This document shows, piece by piece, positions 33,026 through 44,210 of a stretch of 64,000 nt of DNA. Below the pieces are notes generated by a model. That model ran no database searches, was not told the origin of the DNA, and saw nothing but the letters and a program-made list of their open reading frames with translations. This DNA is from Malacoraja senta (taxonomy: Eukaryota). A program made the position numbers and the translations under genes. The first letter of the stretch is position 1. Each line of letters starts with the position of its first letter. Location: assembly GCA_038087875.1 (NCBI GenBank), contig CM075996.1:1862001-1926000 (forward strand), in the 5' to 3' direction.

Positions 33026-34893
33026 TTACACTATCCTGCACACACGAGGGACAATTTACCATTTTTACCCAAGCCAATTACCCTACAAACCTGGAGTGTG
33101 GGGGAAACCGGGGCACCCGGAGAAAACCCACGTGGTCCCGGGGAGAAGGTACAAACTCCGTACAGACAAGCGCCCGTAGTCAGGATGGAACCCGGGGTCT
33201 CTGGCGCTGTGAGGCAGCAACTCTACCACTGCGCCACCGTGCTGGCCCTTACTTTCACCCTGAGTTGCTCATCCAATGGTCCCAGATGGGTTGCAGATTA
33301 GGAGAATAATACTGGTGTTCTACCCAGGGTTTATCCCACACTTGCCAACACACAGTGTTTGTGGGGACCTTCCACTGGCAGCCAACTACATCATGAGATA
33401 AACCTCTTCTGCACCCTCTCCAGTTCAGTTTATCGTCAGTGAAAAGCTTTTGTTGCGTGCTAACCAGTCAGCGGAAAGACAATACATGATTACAATCGAG
33501 CCGTCCACAGTGTACAGATACATGATGAGGGAATAACGTTTAGTGCAAGGTAAAGCCCTTGGTTTGTTGGGTTGTGTATGTGTGGGGGGTGGGGAGAAGC
33601 TTGTTTTTGGTCTCTTCCTTCGGGGGTGGGGGGGGGGTTGTGACCTTTTCTTGTCGTATCCCCCGTCCCCGTCTCCGTCTGCGCTGAAGCCTAATGGCGG
33701 GAGCTGGCGGCCTCCAACGGGGACCGACCTCGAGGCTCCGGAGGCAGAGCCAGGACTTACTTACCATCGCGAAGCTGGCCGACTTCGGGGCTGTGGTGGC
33801 GGTTTTCCGGCGGTGGCGGCCCGACTGCGGAGGCTCGACGGGTCACAGGCTGGACGGCAGCGTCGGGAGCTCGCAGGTCACAGGTTGGTGACCTGTTTTT
33901 CCGGAGCTCCCGCAACAACAGCTTCGTCCGCTGGACTGGAGGGCGGCAGCTTCGGCAGCTTCGACCGCCCCGGGCCGTGGAGTTTGAACCGGCCCGTTCG
34001 GATTCAGCCACGGGACTTACTTACCATCACCCGGCGGGGTCACAACATCGGAGGCCTGGATCGCCTCAGCGCAGAGGGAGAACAAGGAGGGAAGAGACAA
34101 GGACTTTGGGACTTTTACCTTCCGTCACAGTGAGGAGGTGCCTGGTGGACTCACTGTGGTGGATGTTAATCTGTGTTGAGTGTGTGTTTTGTTATTTTTT
34201 TCTATGTTATGACTGCAAGGTTAAACAATTTCGTTGTACTGTATATGTGCAATGACAATAAAGTTGAATCTAATCTAATCTAATCTAAAGTCCTATCAAG
34301 GATAGTCCGAGGGTCACCAATGAGGTAGATAGTAGTTCAGCGCTGCTCTCTGGGTGTGGTAGGATGATTCAGTTGCCTGATAACAGCTGGGAAGAAACTG
34401 TCCCTGAATCTGGAGGTATGTGCGTTCGTTTTCACACTTCTGTACCTCTTGCCTGATGGGAGAGGGGAGAAGAGGGAGTGGCCGGGGTGTGACTGGTCCT
34501 TGATTATGCTGCTGGCCTTGCCGAGGCAGCGTGAGGTGTAGATGGAGTCGATGGAAGGGAGATAGAGACAAAATGACGGAGTAACTCAGCGGGAGAGGCC
34601 GCATCTCTGGAGAGAAGGAATGGGTGACATTTTGGGTCGAGATTTTTCTTCAATGGAAGGGAGAGGTTGGACTTGAGTGATGGTCTGGGCTGCGTCCGCA
34701 ATATGTTACCTGCAAAGCCATTGGCTTAGTAATTCCAAAGCCCACACATATTTCTGGTGACGGTGTGAGCCAAACTTGTCAGTTAGATGGTAGTTGTTAT
34801 CCACACTGGAGTACCATTCATTCCAGATGTAACCTCCCATAGCTGATCAATTAGAATCCAGATGTTACTTAATCAGCATCTGGAGATAGCTTG

Positions 34894-35131
34894 TTTAAGA
34901 AGGAACTGCAGATGCTGGAAAATCGAAACTGCAGATGCTGGAAATCGAAGGTAGATAAAAATGCAGGAGAAACTCAGCGGGTGCAGCAGCATCTATGGAG
35001 CGAAGGAAATAGGCAACGTTTCGGGCCGAAGAAGGGTCTGAAGAAGGGTTTCGGGCCGAAACGTTGCCCATTTCCTTCGCTCCATAGATGCTGCTGCACC
35101 CGCTGAGTTTCTCCAGCATTTTTATGTACCT
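34894..35131. mobile_element. Inverted pair of Penelope pLTR-derived units flanked by a 15-bp direct repeat
   Basis: Arms ~34950-35028 and ~35053-35131 are reverse complements; TCTGGAGATAGCTTG at 34879-34893 and 35132-35146. Confidence 0.75.
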
Positions 35132-35637
35132 TCTGGAGATAGCTTGCTTGGGGCATCTTTATTCTATATATAAACTGTCAGAACCCCTCGATTAGATTCC
35201 AGCTTATAATTCACTTCTGTATATCACTTAGAAGTCTCGATTAGATCCTAGCCTGCTGCCAGCATCAAGGCTATTTCACCAGACAAGTTCCACCTCGATG
35301 TGTTGGTCAATGCCGCACTCTGCTGGTGAGGAATGGAACTGTCTCACTCACTCACCAGCAAAGATATTAGCTATCCAGTGTGGAGAATAGTTGAAGGCAG
35401 CCAGCTAAATGTGTACACCGAAGCTAGACACAAAATGCTGGAGTAACTCAGTGGGCCAGGGGGGCAGTGGGGAGGAACTCGAAGAAGGGTCTCAACCTGA
35501 AAGGTCACCCATTCCCTCTATCCAGAGAGGCTGCCTGTCCCGTCGAGTTACTCCCTCATTTTGTGTCTTTCTTCGGCAGCTAGCTCAAGTTTGTTATGGT
35601 CTTATGCTTTAACCCAAACTGCCTGTAATACCAACCA

Positions 35638-35915
35638 GGCACGGTGGCGCAGCGGTAGAGTTGCTGCCTCACAGCGCCAGAGACCCGGCTTCGACCCTGA
35701 CTACGGGTGCTATGTGAGTCTGCGGGGAGTTTGTACGTTCTCCTGTGACCGTGTGGGTTTGCTCCGGGTGCTCCGGTTTCCTCCCGCATTCCAAAGAAGT
35801 GCAGGTTTGTAGGTTAATTGGCTCCGGTAAAAAATATCTCCAGTGTGTCGATTAGAACTAGTGTATAGGTAATCGCTGGTTGGCCCGGACTCAGTGGGCC
35901 GAAGGGCCTGTTTTG
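35638..35915 (+). mobile_element. tRNA-derived V-domain SINE (HE1-like)
   Basis: A box TGGCGCAGCGG, B-box-like GCTTCGACCC, V core ggagtttgtacgttctc..gtgggttt..ggtgctccggtttcctccc, CR1-like tail gggccgaagggcctgttt. Other copies at about 22912-23305, 26625-27175, 32640-33247(-), 36580-36825(-), 46400-46596(-), 55610-56110(-), 56280-56520 and 59125-59415(-). Confidence 0.85.
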
Positions 35916-38084
35916 TTTAATTTATTGTCACATATACCGAGGTACAGTGAAAATCTATTGTGTGCTAACCAGTCAGCGGAAAGACAATACATGATTACAC
36001 CCTGTTCATAGGCGATAGGAGCAGAATAAGGCCATTCGACCCAGCAAGTCTACTCTGCCGTTCAATCATGGCTGATCTTTAGTTTAGTTTAGAGCAGTGC
36101 GGAAACAGGCCATTCGGCCCACCGCGTCCGCGCAGACCAGCGATCCCCGGACATTAACATTATCTGGAGTTTAGAAGGATGAGAGGGTATCTTATTGAAA
36201 CATATAAGATTGTTAAGGGTTTGGGCACGCTAGAGGCAGGAAACATGTTCCCGATGTTGGGGGAGTCCAGAAACAGGGGCCACAGTTTAAGAATAAGGGG
36301 TAAGCCATTTAGAACGGGGACGAGGAAACACTTTTTCACACAGAGAGTGGCGAGTCTGTGGAATTCTCTGCCTCAGAGGGCGGTGGAGGCAGGTTCTCTG
36401 GATGCTTTCAAGAGAGAGCTAGATAGGGCTCTTAAAGATAGCGGAGTCAGGGGATATGGGGAGAAGGCAGGAACGGGGTACTGATTGGGGATGATCAGCC
36501 ATGATCACATTGAATGGCGGTGCTGGCTTGAAGGGCCGAATGGCCTACTCCTGCACCTATTGTCTATTGTCTATTGTCTATCCTACACACACTACGGACA
36601 ATTTACACTTATACCAAGTATACAAACCCAAGCTAAGTAACCAACAAACCTGCACGTCTTTGGAGTGTGGGAGGAAACCGAAGATCTCGGAGAAAACCCA
36701 CGCATGTCATGGGGAGAAGGTACAAACTCCGTACAGACAGCACCCGTAGTCGGGATCCAACCCGGGTTCTGGGGCTGCATTCGCTGTAAGGAAGCAACTC
36801 TACCGCTGCGCCACCGTGCCGCCCGATCTGTCTCTCCCTCCTAACCCCATTCTCCTGCCTTCTTCCCTATAACCCCCGACACCCTTACTAATAAAAATCT
36901 GTCAATCTCTGCCTTAAAAATATCCACTGACGTGGCCTCCACAGCCTTCTGTGGCAAAGAATTCCAGATTCACCACCCTCTGACTAAAGAAATTCCTCCT
37001 CATCTTCCCAAAGGAACGTCCTTTAATTCCGAGGCTGTGACCTCTAGTCCTAGGCTCTCCCACCAGTGGAAACATCCTCTCCCATCCACCCTATCCAAGC
37101 CTTTCACTATTCGGTAAGTTTCAACGAGGTCCTCCCCCCCTGACCACAAGCCCCAGCATAGCTCTTCTGTCCAAACCAGTGGCAAATAAGGGGTGCCCCA
37201 CTTGCCTCCACACTTGTTTCAATATTTCTCACCCCGATTCACCTTCAACAGTAGCGCAGTGGGTAGTGCCGCTGCCTTGCAGTGCCAGGTACCCGGGTAC
37301 AATCCCGACCTCAGGTGCTGTCTTGACTCTTGGAAACAGGCCCTTCAGCCGTCCAAGCCCATGCCACCGTCGATATCCCAACGGAAGTTCGGATTGATGG
37401 TCCATGCACGGATGCACATGGACGGACGGTTCTCTACAACAGATGTACTTTGTTTTCGAGGTGCAGCCCTACTTTAAGTGATCCCTATTACTTAGAATAC
37501 AGGATATAAAAACAATGGGAATATTACATTAAAAAAACAGAAAGCAACCCTGGATGTTTAGCGACCTTCAGTTTCAGTACTGAGTGCTGTATTTAAGGAA
37601 ATACCCATATATATATATATATATATATTTATACACGGAATTATTTTTTCGTTGGTTAATCGGTTTTACAGAGTACATGGTTTACACATCGTGTTGTGCT
37701 GCTGCAAGTAAGAATTTCATTGTTCTATCTGGGACACAGTAAAACACTCTTGCCTCCTAAACCCTCCCCGACTCATTATTTGACCAAAACACAAAGTGCT
37801 GGAGTAACTCGGTGGGCCAGGCAGCATCTGTGGGGGGAAGGGTCCCGACCCAAAACATCGCCTGTCCATTCCCTCCAACACAGTTGCTGCCTGACCCGCT
37901 GAGTTCCTCCGCGTTTCGCTCAAGATTCCTGCAACTCCAGTTCCTCGGACTGCTGCAACCAGCTGTCCGGCTGAAGGCCACAGCTGGGTTAGCACGGCTG
38001 ATGCTTCAAGGCAAGATGGGGCGTGGGCCCCAGCTATGCAATACTCCATTTGTCCATTCTTCTTCTTCCGTGTCCTTATGCTAC

Positions 38085-38910
38085 ATAGAAACATAGATAT
38101 ATGGAAAATAGGTGCAGGAGTAGGCCATTCGGCCCTTCGAGCCTGCACCGCCATTCGATATGATCATGGCTGATCATCCAACTCAGTATCCTGTACCTGC
38201 CTTCTCTCCATACCCCCTGATCCCTTTAGCCACAAGGGCCACATCTAACTCCCTCTTAAATATAGCCAATGAACTGGCCTCAACTACCTTCTGTGGCAGA
38301 GAATTCCATAGATTCACCAACTCTCTGTGTGAAAAAAAAAAATCTCATCTCGCTCCTAAAAGACTTCCCCCTTATCCTTAAACTGTGACCCCTTGTTCTG
38401 GACTTCCCCAACATCGGGAACAATCTTCCTGCATCTAGCCTGTCCAACCCCTTAAGAATTTTGTACGTTTCTATAAGATCCCCCTCATCCTTCTAAATTC
38501 TAGCGAGTACTTAGTAATCTGAGTTGAGAGGAGCACGATTTTATAAGAAACCTGAGGGGCAACTTTTGAGTCTATCCAGTCTTTCTTCATATGAAAGTCC
38601 TGACATCCCAGGAATCAGTCTGGTGAACCTTCTCTGTACTCCCTCTATGAATGTCTTTCCTCAGATTAGGAGACCAAAACTGTACGCAATACTCCAGGTG
38701 TGGTCTCACCAAGACCCTGTACAACTGCAGTAGAACCTCCCTGCTCCTATACTCAAATCCTCTTGCTATGAAAGCCAACATACCATTCGCCTTCTTCACT
38801 GCCTGCTGCACCTGCATGCCTACTTTTAATGACTTTCAATGACTGGTGTACCATGACACCCAGGTCTCGTTGCATCTCCCCTTTTCCTAAACGGCCACCA
38901 TTCAGATAAT
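38085..38910 (-). mobile_element. 5'-truncated CR1-clade LINE, minus strand
   Basis: Reverse complement of the same RT C-terminus and tail (QVQQAVKKANGMLAFIARGFEYRSREVLLQLYRVLVRPHLEYC). Confidence 0.88.
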
Positions 38911-38917
38911 ACACAGT

Positions 38918-39048
38918 GGGGTGGAAGATTGCAACCTTCACCCTGTTTCGACTAATGCAATCAACTCGACGTGCACAAACGGAAGATCAAATAGAACAAG
39001 TTGTCCAACAACTTTAGGCTGTGCACGCCACACGAAAGAAGAAGAAGA
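38918..39048 (+). mobile_element. Second copy of the ribozyme-headed short retroposon (short internal deletion in the ribozyme)
   Basis: Same GGGGTGG..GATTGCAACCTTCA start, CTAATGCAATC, same 3' stem and (GAA)n tail; TACACAGT repeated on both flanks (38910-38917 / 39052-39059). Confidence 0.8.
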
Positions 39049-39879
39049 TGCTACACAGTGGCTTGCCACTGCTGTACACATCGTTGCGCTACTGGAGTGT
39101 TGAATGCAAGGTCTGCAGTTGGACATGGATTATCCAGCAATGGGCATTGCAGTAGGTGTTGCATTGTCTGGGCCTGTGTTGCCACAGTCACAGGTTCTTG
39201 GTTTCCTGGTCCTCCAAAAATATTCCAAATGGAATTTAAACTGCAGGTTGTTGCACCCTTGCCCGCCCGACCCCTGGTTCGTAGCCGGTTGAGACATCTC
39301 CAGTTTGCCCAGTGTACATCAACACCTGGTGGTCAGCGCCCTGCTGCTGGGATGTGTCCATCTTGGTGGAAATAGGGACAGTGGCCAGCCTGTTCTTCCA
39401 CATCTGGAGGCCAACTTCAGTTGGTGCTGTTTTCAATGGGGTGACGCTGGTTAGGGAAGCTCTTACGGGATTTTAACCGCCTAGGTTAAAGGGCCACATG
39501 GATGTGTCTGTCTACCAGTTGTTTCATATGGGCTGCCTGTCGCAGGAGGATTTGCAAACCATAAAAAAAATCATATTTAACTTTTATCTTTGTGACTGCC
39601 CTTGATGACATCATCGCCTGCTGATTAGCATAGCATTAAATCTGCTGCAGCGTGTTATTGAAACATTCTGCAGCAGATATTGAAAAAAAAAATAGGGAAC
39701 TTTAAAAAAAGAAGCAATTATTTCTTGAGCACACATGCGGAGATAAGAGAGCGTGGCAGATTAATGAGACGGGACAGGTCGGTGTTGAATGGGCGCTGGT
39801 CGGCGAGACGGTGATATTTGTAACACGTTTTTATTGACAATTAGTAAAATTACACAATAATGAGTGGGTGATGGGAGAG

Positions 39880-40185
39880 GGAGGGGGGGTGGGGGCGGGG
39901 GCGGGGGGTCTGAGTTGTGCTCCTGTGTGAGGGAGGAGGGGGGGGGAGAAACATTTTTTTGCAGGGAGCTGACGAGAGAGAACGTTCAGGTTGTATCAGA
40001 AAAAAAGGGGAGCCCCGAGTGACGTCACAACCAGATGACGAGAAGGGCTCTTGGACTTACGTCACTGTGGGGGATTCCCGCTGGTTCGAGTCCGTTCGGC
40101 CCCTCGCCGCTGTGGATGCCTGTCCCAGGGCTGCTGACTGGCGCAGTCTCACGCCCCATGCGCCGCTTCCACTCAGACTGTAAGT
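39880..40185 (+). promoter_or_regulatory. Putative promoter and first (5'UTR) exon of the GARIN-like gene
   Basis: CpG-rich unique sequence with GC boxes (~39891-39907), palindromic CRE TGACGTCA 40020-40027, TTACGTCA 40057-40064, half-sites TGACG at 39970 and 40036, and a consensus donor GTAAGT at 40180-40185. Confidence 0.5.
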
Positions 40186-40239
40186 CCCCGGCCACATGGA
40201 CAAGTCTAGGGGTTGTAGGAAGGAGCTGCAGATGCTGCT

Positions 40240-41145
40240 TTGTACCAAAGAAAGACACAAAGTGCTGGAGTAACTCAGCCGGGGGGGGTTGGGTCAGGCA
40301 GCATCTCCGGAGAACATGGATAGTAACGTTACGAGGAGCTGCAGATGCTTGTTTATACAAAAGACACAAAGTGATGGAGTAACTCAGCGTCTCTCGAGAA
40401 CATGGATAGGTTTGAAAAGGGTCTCGACCAGAAATATCACCTATCCATGTTCTCCACAGATGCTGCCTGAACCCGCTGAGTTACTCCAGCACTCTGTGAA
40501 ACATCACCTATCCATGTTCTCCACAGATGCTGCCTGACCTGCTGAGTTACTCCAGCATTTCTGTCTAACTGGGGGATTGGGGTTGGGATTCTGGGGGTGC
40601 CTGTCCTTATTTTAAATTGCTTTAACAATGTTCCATGTTTGATGGTATTGGTTTATTGTTGACAGGAGGCTGTAAAAACTAAGTTTATATAAGGCAAAAG
40701 GACACAGAGTGCTGGAGTAACTCAGCGGGTAAGGCAGCATCTGTGGAGAACATGGATAGGTGACATTTCCAAGAGTGCTGGAGTAACTCAGCGGGTCAGG
40801 CAGCATCTGTGGAGAACATGGATAGGTGACGTTTCATAGAGTGCTGGAGTAACTCAGCGGGTCAGGCAGCATCTGTGGAGAACATGGATAGGTGATGTTT
40901 CGGGTTAACATAATGTTACAGAGTTGTAGCACTATAGTTCCAGAAAAAAGTTCGGTATCTGCAATGAGGTAGGTTGGAAGATCAGGATTATACCGTAGCT
41001 AATTAGCGATCGGTCTGAAGAAGGGTCTCGACCCAAAACGTCGCCTATTTCCTTCGCTCCATCGATGCTGCCTCACCCGCTGAGTTTCTCCAGCATTTTT
41101 GTCTACCTTCGATTTTTCCAGCATCTGCAGTTCCTTCTTAAACTA
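40240..41145. repeat. Cluster of tandem and inverted Penelope pLTR-derived ~65-bp units
   Basis: agtgctggagtaactcagcgggtcaggcagcatctgtggagaacatggataggtga occurs 3x in tandem at ~40705-40900, with inverted copies at ~40435-40560. Confidence 0.7.
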
Positions 41146-41704
41146 ATAAGCTATCTGATTGATTGTTTAAAAATAAATAACCAAGAAGGTTGATGAGGGC
41201 AAAGCCACGGACCTTTGGACTGGAGGCCAGTGACTAGTGGTATGCCTCAGGGGTTGGTGCTGGGGAGAGATTTAATAGGAACCTGAGGGTCAACTTTTTT
41301 ACACGGTGGGTGGTGAATGTATGGAACGAGCTGCCAGAGGAGGTAGTTGAGGCCGGCGCTATAACAACCTTTAAAAGTCATTTGGACATGTACATGTATA
41401 GGAAAGGTTTGGAGGGATATGGGCCAAATGCGGGCAGGTGGGACTGGTGTAGATGGGCCATGTTGGTCAGCATGGGCAAGTTGGGATGAAAGGCCTATTT
41501 CAGTCCTGTAAGACTCTATGAGTTTAGAACAATGACATTTTTATTTGCTGCAGCTTCACAGGCCCATAAACAAGATAACAGATACATTTATAATGATCAA
41601 TAATAAATTTAATTAATAACCATAATACGCCGTAGCATTGATAGAGAAAAAAATAAACTCTTTAGAGCAACGAAAGACAGTCCACAGATGATCACAGTCG
41701 CTGG

Positions 41705-41950
41705 GGTCAGTGTTGTGAAGTGTTCAATAGCCTGATGGTTGTTGGGAAGAAGCTGTTCCTGAACCTGGAGGTCACGGTTTTCAGGCTCCTGTGCCTTCTT
41801 CCCGATGGTAGCAGCGAGATGAGAGTCGTGGCCAGGGTGGTGTGGGTCTCTGACGATGCTGGCTGCCTGAGGCAGCGACTCCTGTAGATCCCTTCGATGG
41901 TGGGGAGGTCAGTACCGGTGACGGACCGGGCAGTGTCCACCACTCTCTGA
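41705..41950 (-). mobile_element. Rex1/L2-group LINE 3' fragment
   Basis: QRVVDTARSVTGTDLPTIEGIY..LLPSGRRHRSLKTVTSRFRNSFFPTTIRLLN. Confidence 0.65.
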
Positions 41951-42103
41951 GTGAGAAGGAACTGCACATATTGGTTTACACCCAAGATAGACACAAAATG
42001 CTGGAGTAACTCAGCGAGTCAGGCTGCATGTCTGGGGAAAAGGAATCGGTGACATTTCGGGTTGAGACCCTTCATCTGTCTTGACCTGCCTCGCCACCTC
42101 CAC

Positions 42104-42534
42104 GGCCTGTCCACTTTCACGACCTAATTCACCACCTTTTTTACTCGTGGACATTTTTCATCAGGCTTGAAAAAACGGCCCGACCTACATAATGCCACGA
42201 GTACCTACGACTGGCATCACGACCTACCTAGGACCTACCTACGATCTCGTGACGACCATGCTGCGAGTATGAGTCAAGGGCAAACTCGGCACAGGTCGTG
42301 AATTAGGTCGTGAAAGTGGGACTTTCAGAGAGTGGGACCAGAGCATCCGGAGAAAACCCACGACCTCTGCCGAGTTTGCCCTTGACTCATACTCGCAGCA
42401 TGGTGGTCACGAGGTCGTAGGAGGTTGTAGCAGGCCGTGATGCCAATCATAGGTACTCGTGGCATCAAGTAGGTCGGGGCGTTTTTTCCAGCCTGATGAA
42501 ATATTTCCACGAGTAAAAAAGGTGGTGAATTAGG
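42104..42534. mobile_element. Related MITE (42104-42322) plus an inverted partial second copy (42360-42534)
   Basis: TIR ggcctgtccactttcacgacctaatt / aattaggtcgtgaaagtgggac; the second block is the reverse complement of ~42122-42299. Confidence 0.7.
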
Positions 42535-42696
42535 CAACTTGTGTTAACTGTGGTCTCCTTCACTCCTGGCCCGTTGGAGTTGCAACCAGTCAGTGTGCTC
42601 GCTGCCTGTGGAAGTTGGGTGGGAGTGTTGGTCTCCACTGCCGGTTGCTGCCTGGGCTGCTGAGTAATTACGGCCTTGTCCGCCACTGTATGTTAC

Positions 42697-42980
42697 TGCG
42701 CGTTGATGTTTGTGTGGGGGGGGATGTTGCTGTGTTCTCACTGCGGTTGATGTTTGTGTGGGGGGGATGTTGCCGTGTTCTCACTGCGGTTGATGTTTGT
42801 GTGGGGGGGATGTTCTCACTGCGGTTGATGTTTGTGTGGGGGGGATGTTCTCACTGCGGTTGATGTTTGTGTGGGGGGGATGTTGCCGTGTTCTCACTGC
42901 GGTTGATGTTTGTGTGGGGGGGATGTTCTCACTGCGGTTGATGTTTGTGTGGGGGGGGATGTTGCCGTGTTCTCACTGCG
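42697..42980. repeat. Minisatellite, ~35/44-bp unit tgttctcactgcggttgatgtttgtgtggggggga(tgttgccg)
   Basis: About 7 tandem units ending ~16 nt before the exon acceptor. Confidence 0.9.
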
Positions 42981-43004
42981 TGTCTCTGGGGCACAGGAGT
43001 CAGA

Positions 43005-43166
43005 ATGGTCTCGCTGGATTCAGATCCCACTGTGCTCTGCGGCCCTCTGGCCAAGCAGAAGATTTGTACGGAAGCTCCAACTCCTGGCGCCCTGCAGCAG
43101 CACCTCTTCTACGGCGAGTACGACCCCTTCAAGTACGCCCCCATCTTCGAGAGCGATTTCATACAG
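43005..43166 (+). CDS. GARIN/FAM71 (Golgi-associated RAB2 interactor, DUF3699) family gene, first coding exon
   Basis: Acceptor gcacAG at 42995-42996, ATG 43005, donor GTAAAC at 43167 (phase 0). Encodes MVSLDSDPTVLCGPLAKQKICTEAPTPGALQQHLFYGEYDPFKYAPIFESDFIQ; GEYxxFKYAPIFESDFIQ is the hallmark N-terminal motif of FAM71/GARIN proteins. The paralog (GARIN1-6) cannot be assigned by eye. Confidence 0.88.
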
Positions 43167-43794
43167 GTAAACGAGGTGCTAATTACTATATTAGTATCAG
43201 TATATATTTTATTTCGAATATGTAATACCAAAAAAGTTTTAAAACAAAGCAAAATAACAATCAAATGAAATGAACAATAAATCTATACACAACACATTGA
43301 ATAACTTCTCATAAACGTCACATATTAAATCTTACATGTTCGAAAATGAGTAGACAATAGACAATAGACAATAGGTGCAGGACTAGGCCATACGGCCCTT
43401 CGAGCCAGCACCGCCATTCAATGTGATCATCCCCTATCAGTACCCCGTTCCTGCCTTCTCCTCATATCCGCTGACTCCGCTATCTTTAAGAGCCCTATCT
43501 AGCTCTCTCTTGAAAGTATCCAGAGAACCTGCCTCCACCGCCCTCTGAGGCAGAGAATTCCACAGACTCACAACTCTCTGTATGAAAAAGTGTTTCCTCA
43601 TCTCTGTTCTAAATGGCTTACCCCTTATACTTAAACTGTGGCCCCTGGTTCTGGACTCCCCCAACATCGGGAACATGTTTCCTGCCTCTAGCGTGTCCAA
43701 ACCCTTAATATCTTATACGTTTCAATAAGTACACACTTATTTATTCCTACCCCTTCTCTGCCGCTCATCAATTAATTCACAAAATTAATCTCAT

Positions 43795-43795
43795 C

Positions 43796-43827
<32 letters not shown>

Positions 43828-43929
43828 TACACACACACACACACATATATATAAAATATATATATATATACACACACACACATACACACACACACACACA
43901 TATACATATATATATATATATACACACAC

Positions 43930-43994
<65 letters not shown>

Positions 43995-44049
43995 TATACA
44001 TATATATATTCACACACACACACACACACACATATACACATATATATAT

Positions 44050-44096
<47 letters not shown>

Positions 44097-44123
44097 TATA
44101 TATATATACACACACACATATAC

Positions 44124-44182
<59 letters not shown>

Positions 44183-44210
44183 TATATATATATATATACA
44201 CACACACATA
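43795..44210. repeat. (CA)n/(TA)n compound microsatellite
   Basis: Directly visible. Confidence 0.95.

Noticed and set aside
40700..42980. CRISPR-like regularly repeated units
   Set aside because: Head-to-tail tandem repeats without unique spacers, in vertebrate DNA with no cas genes.
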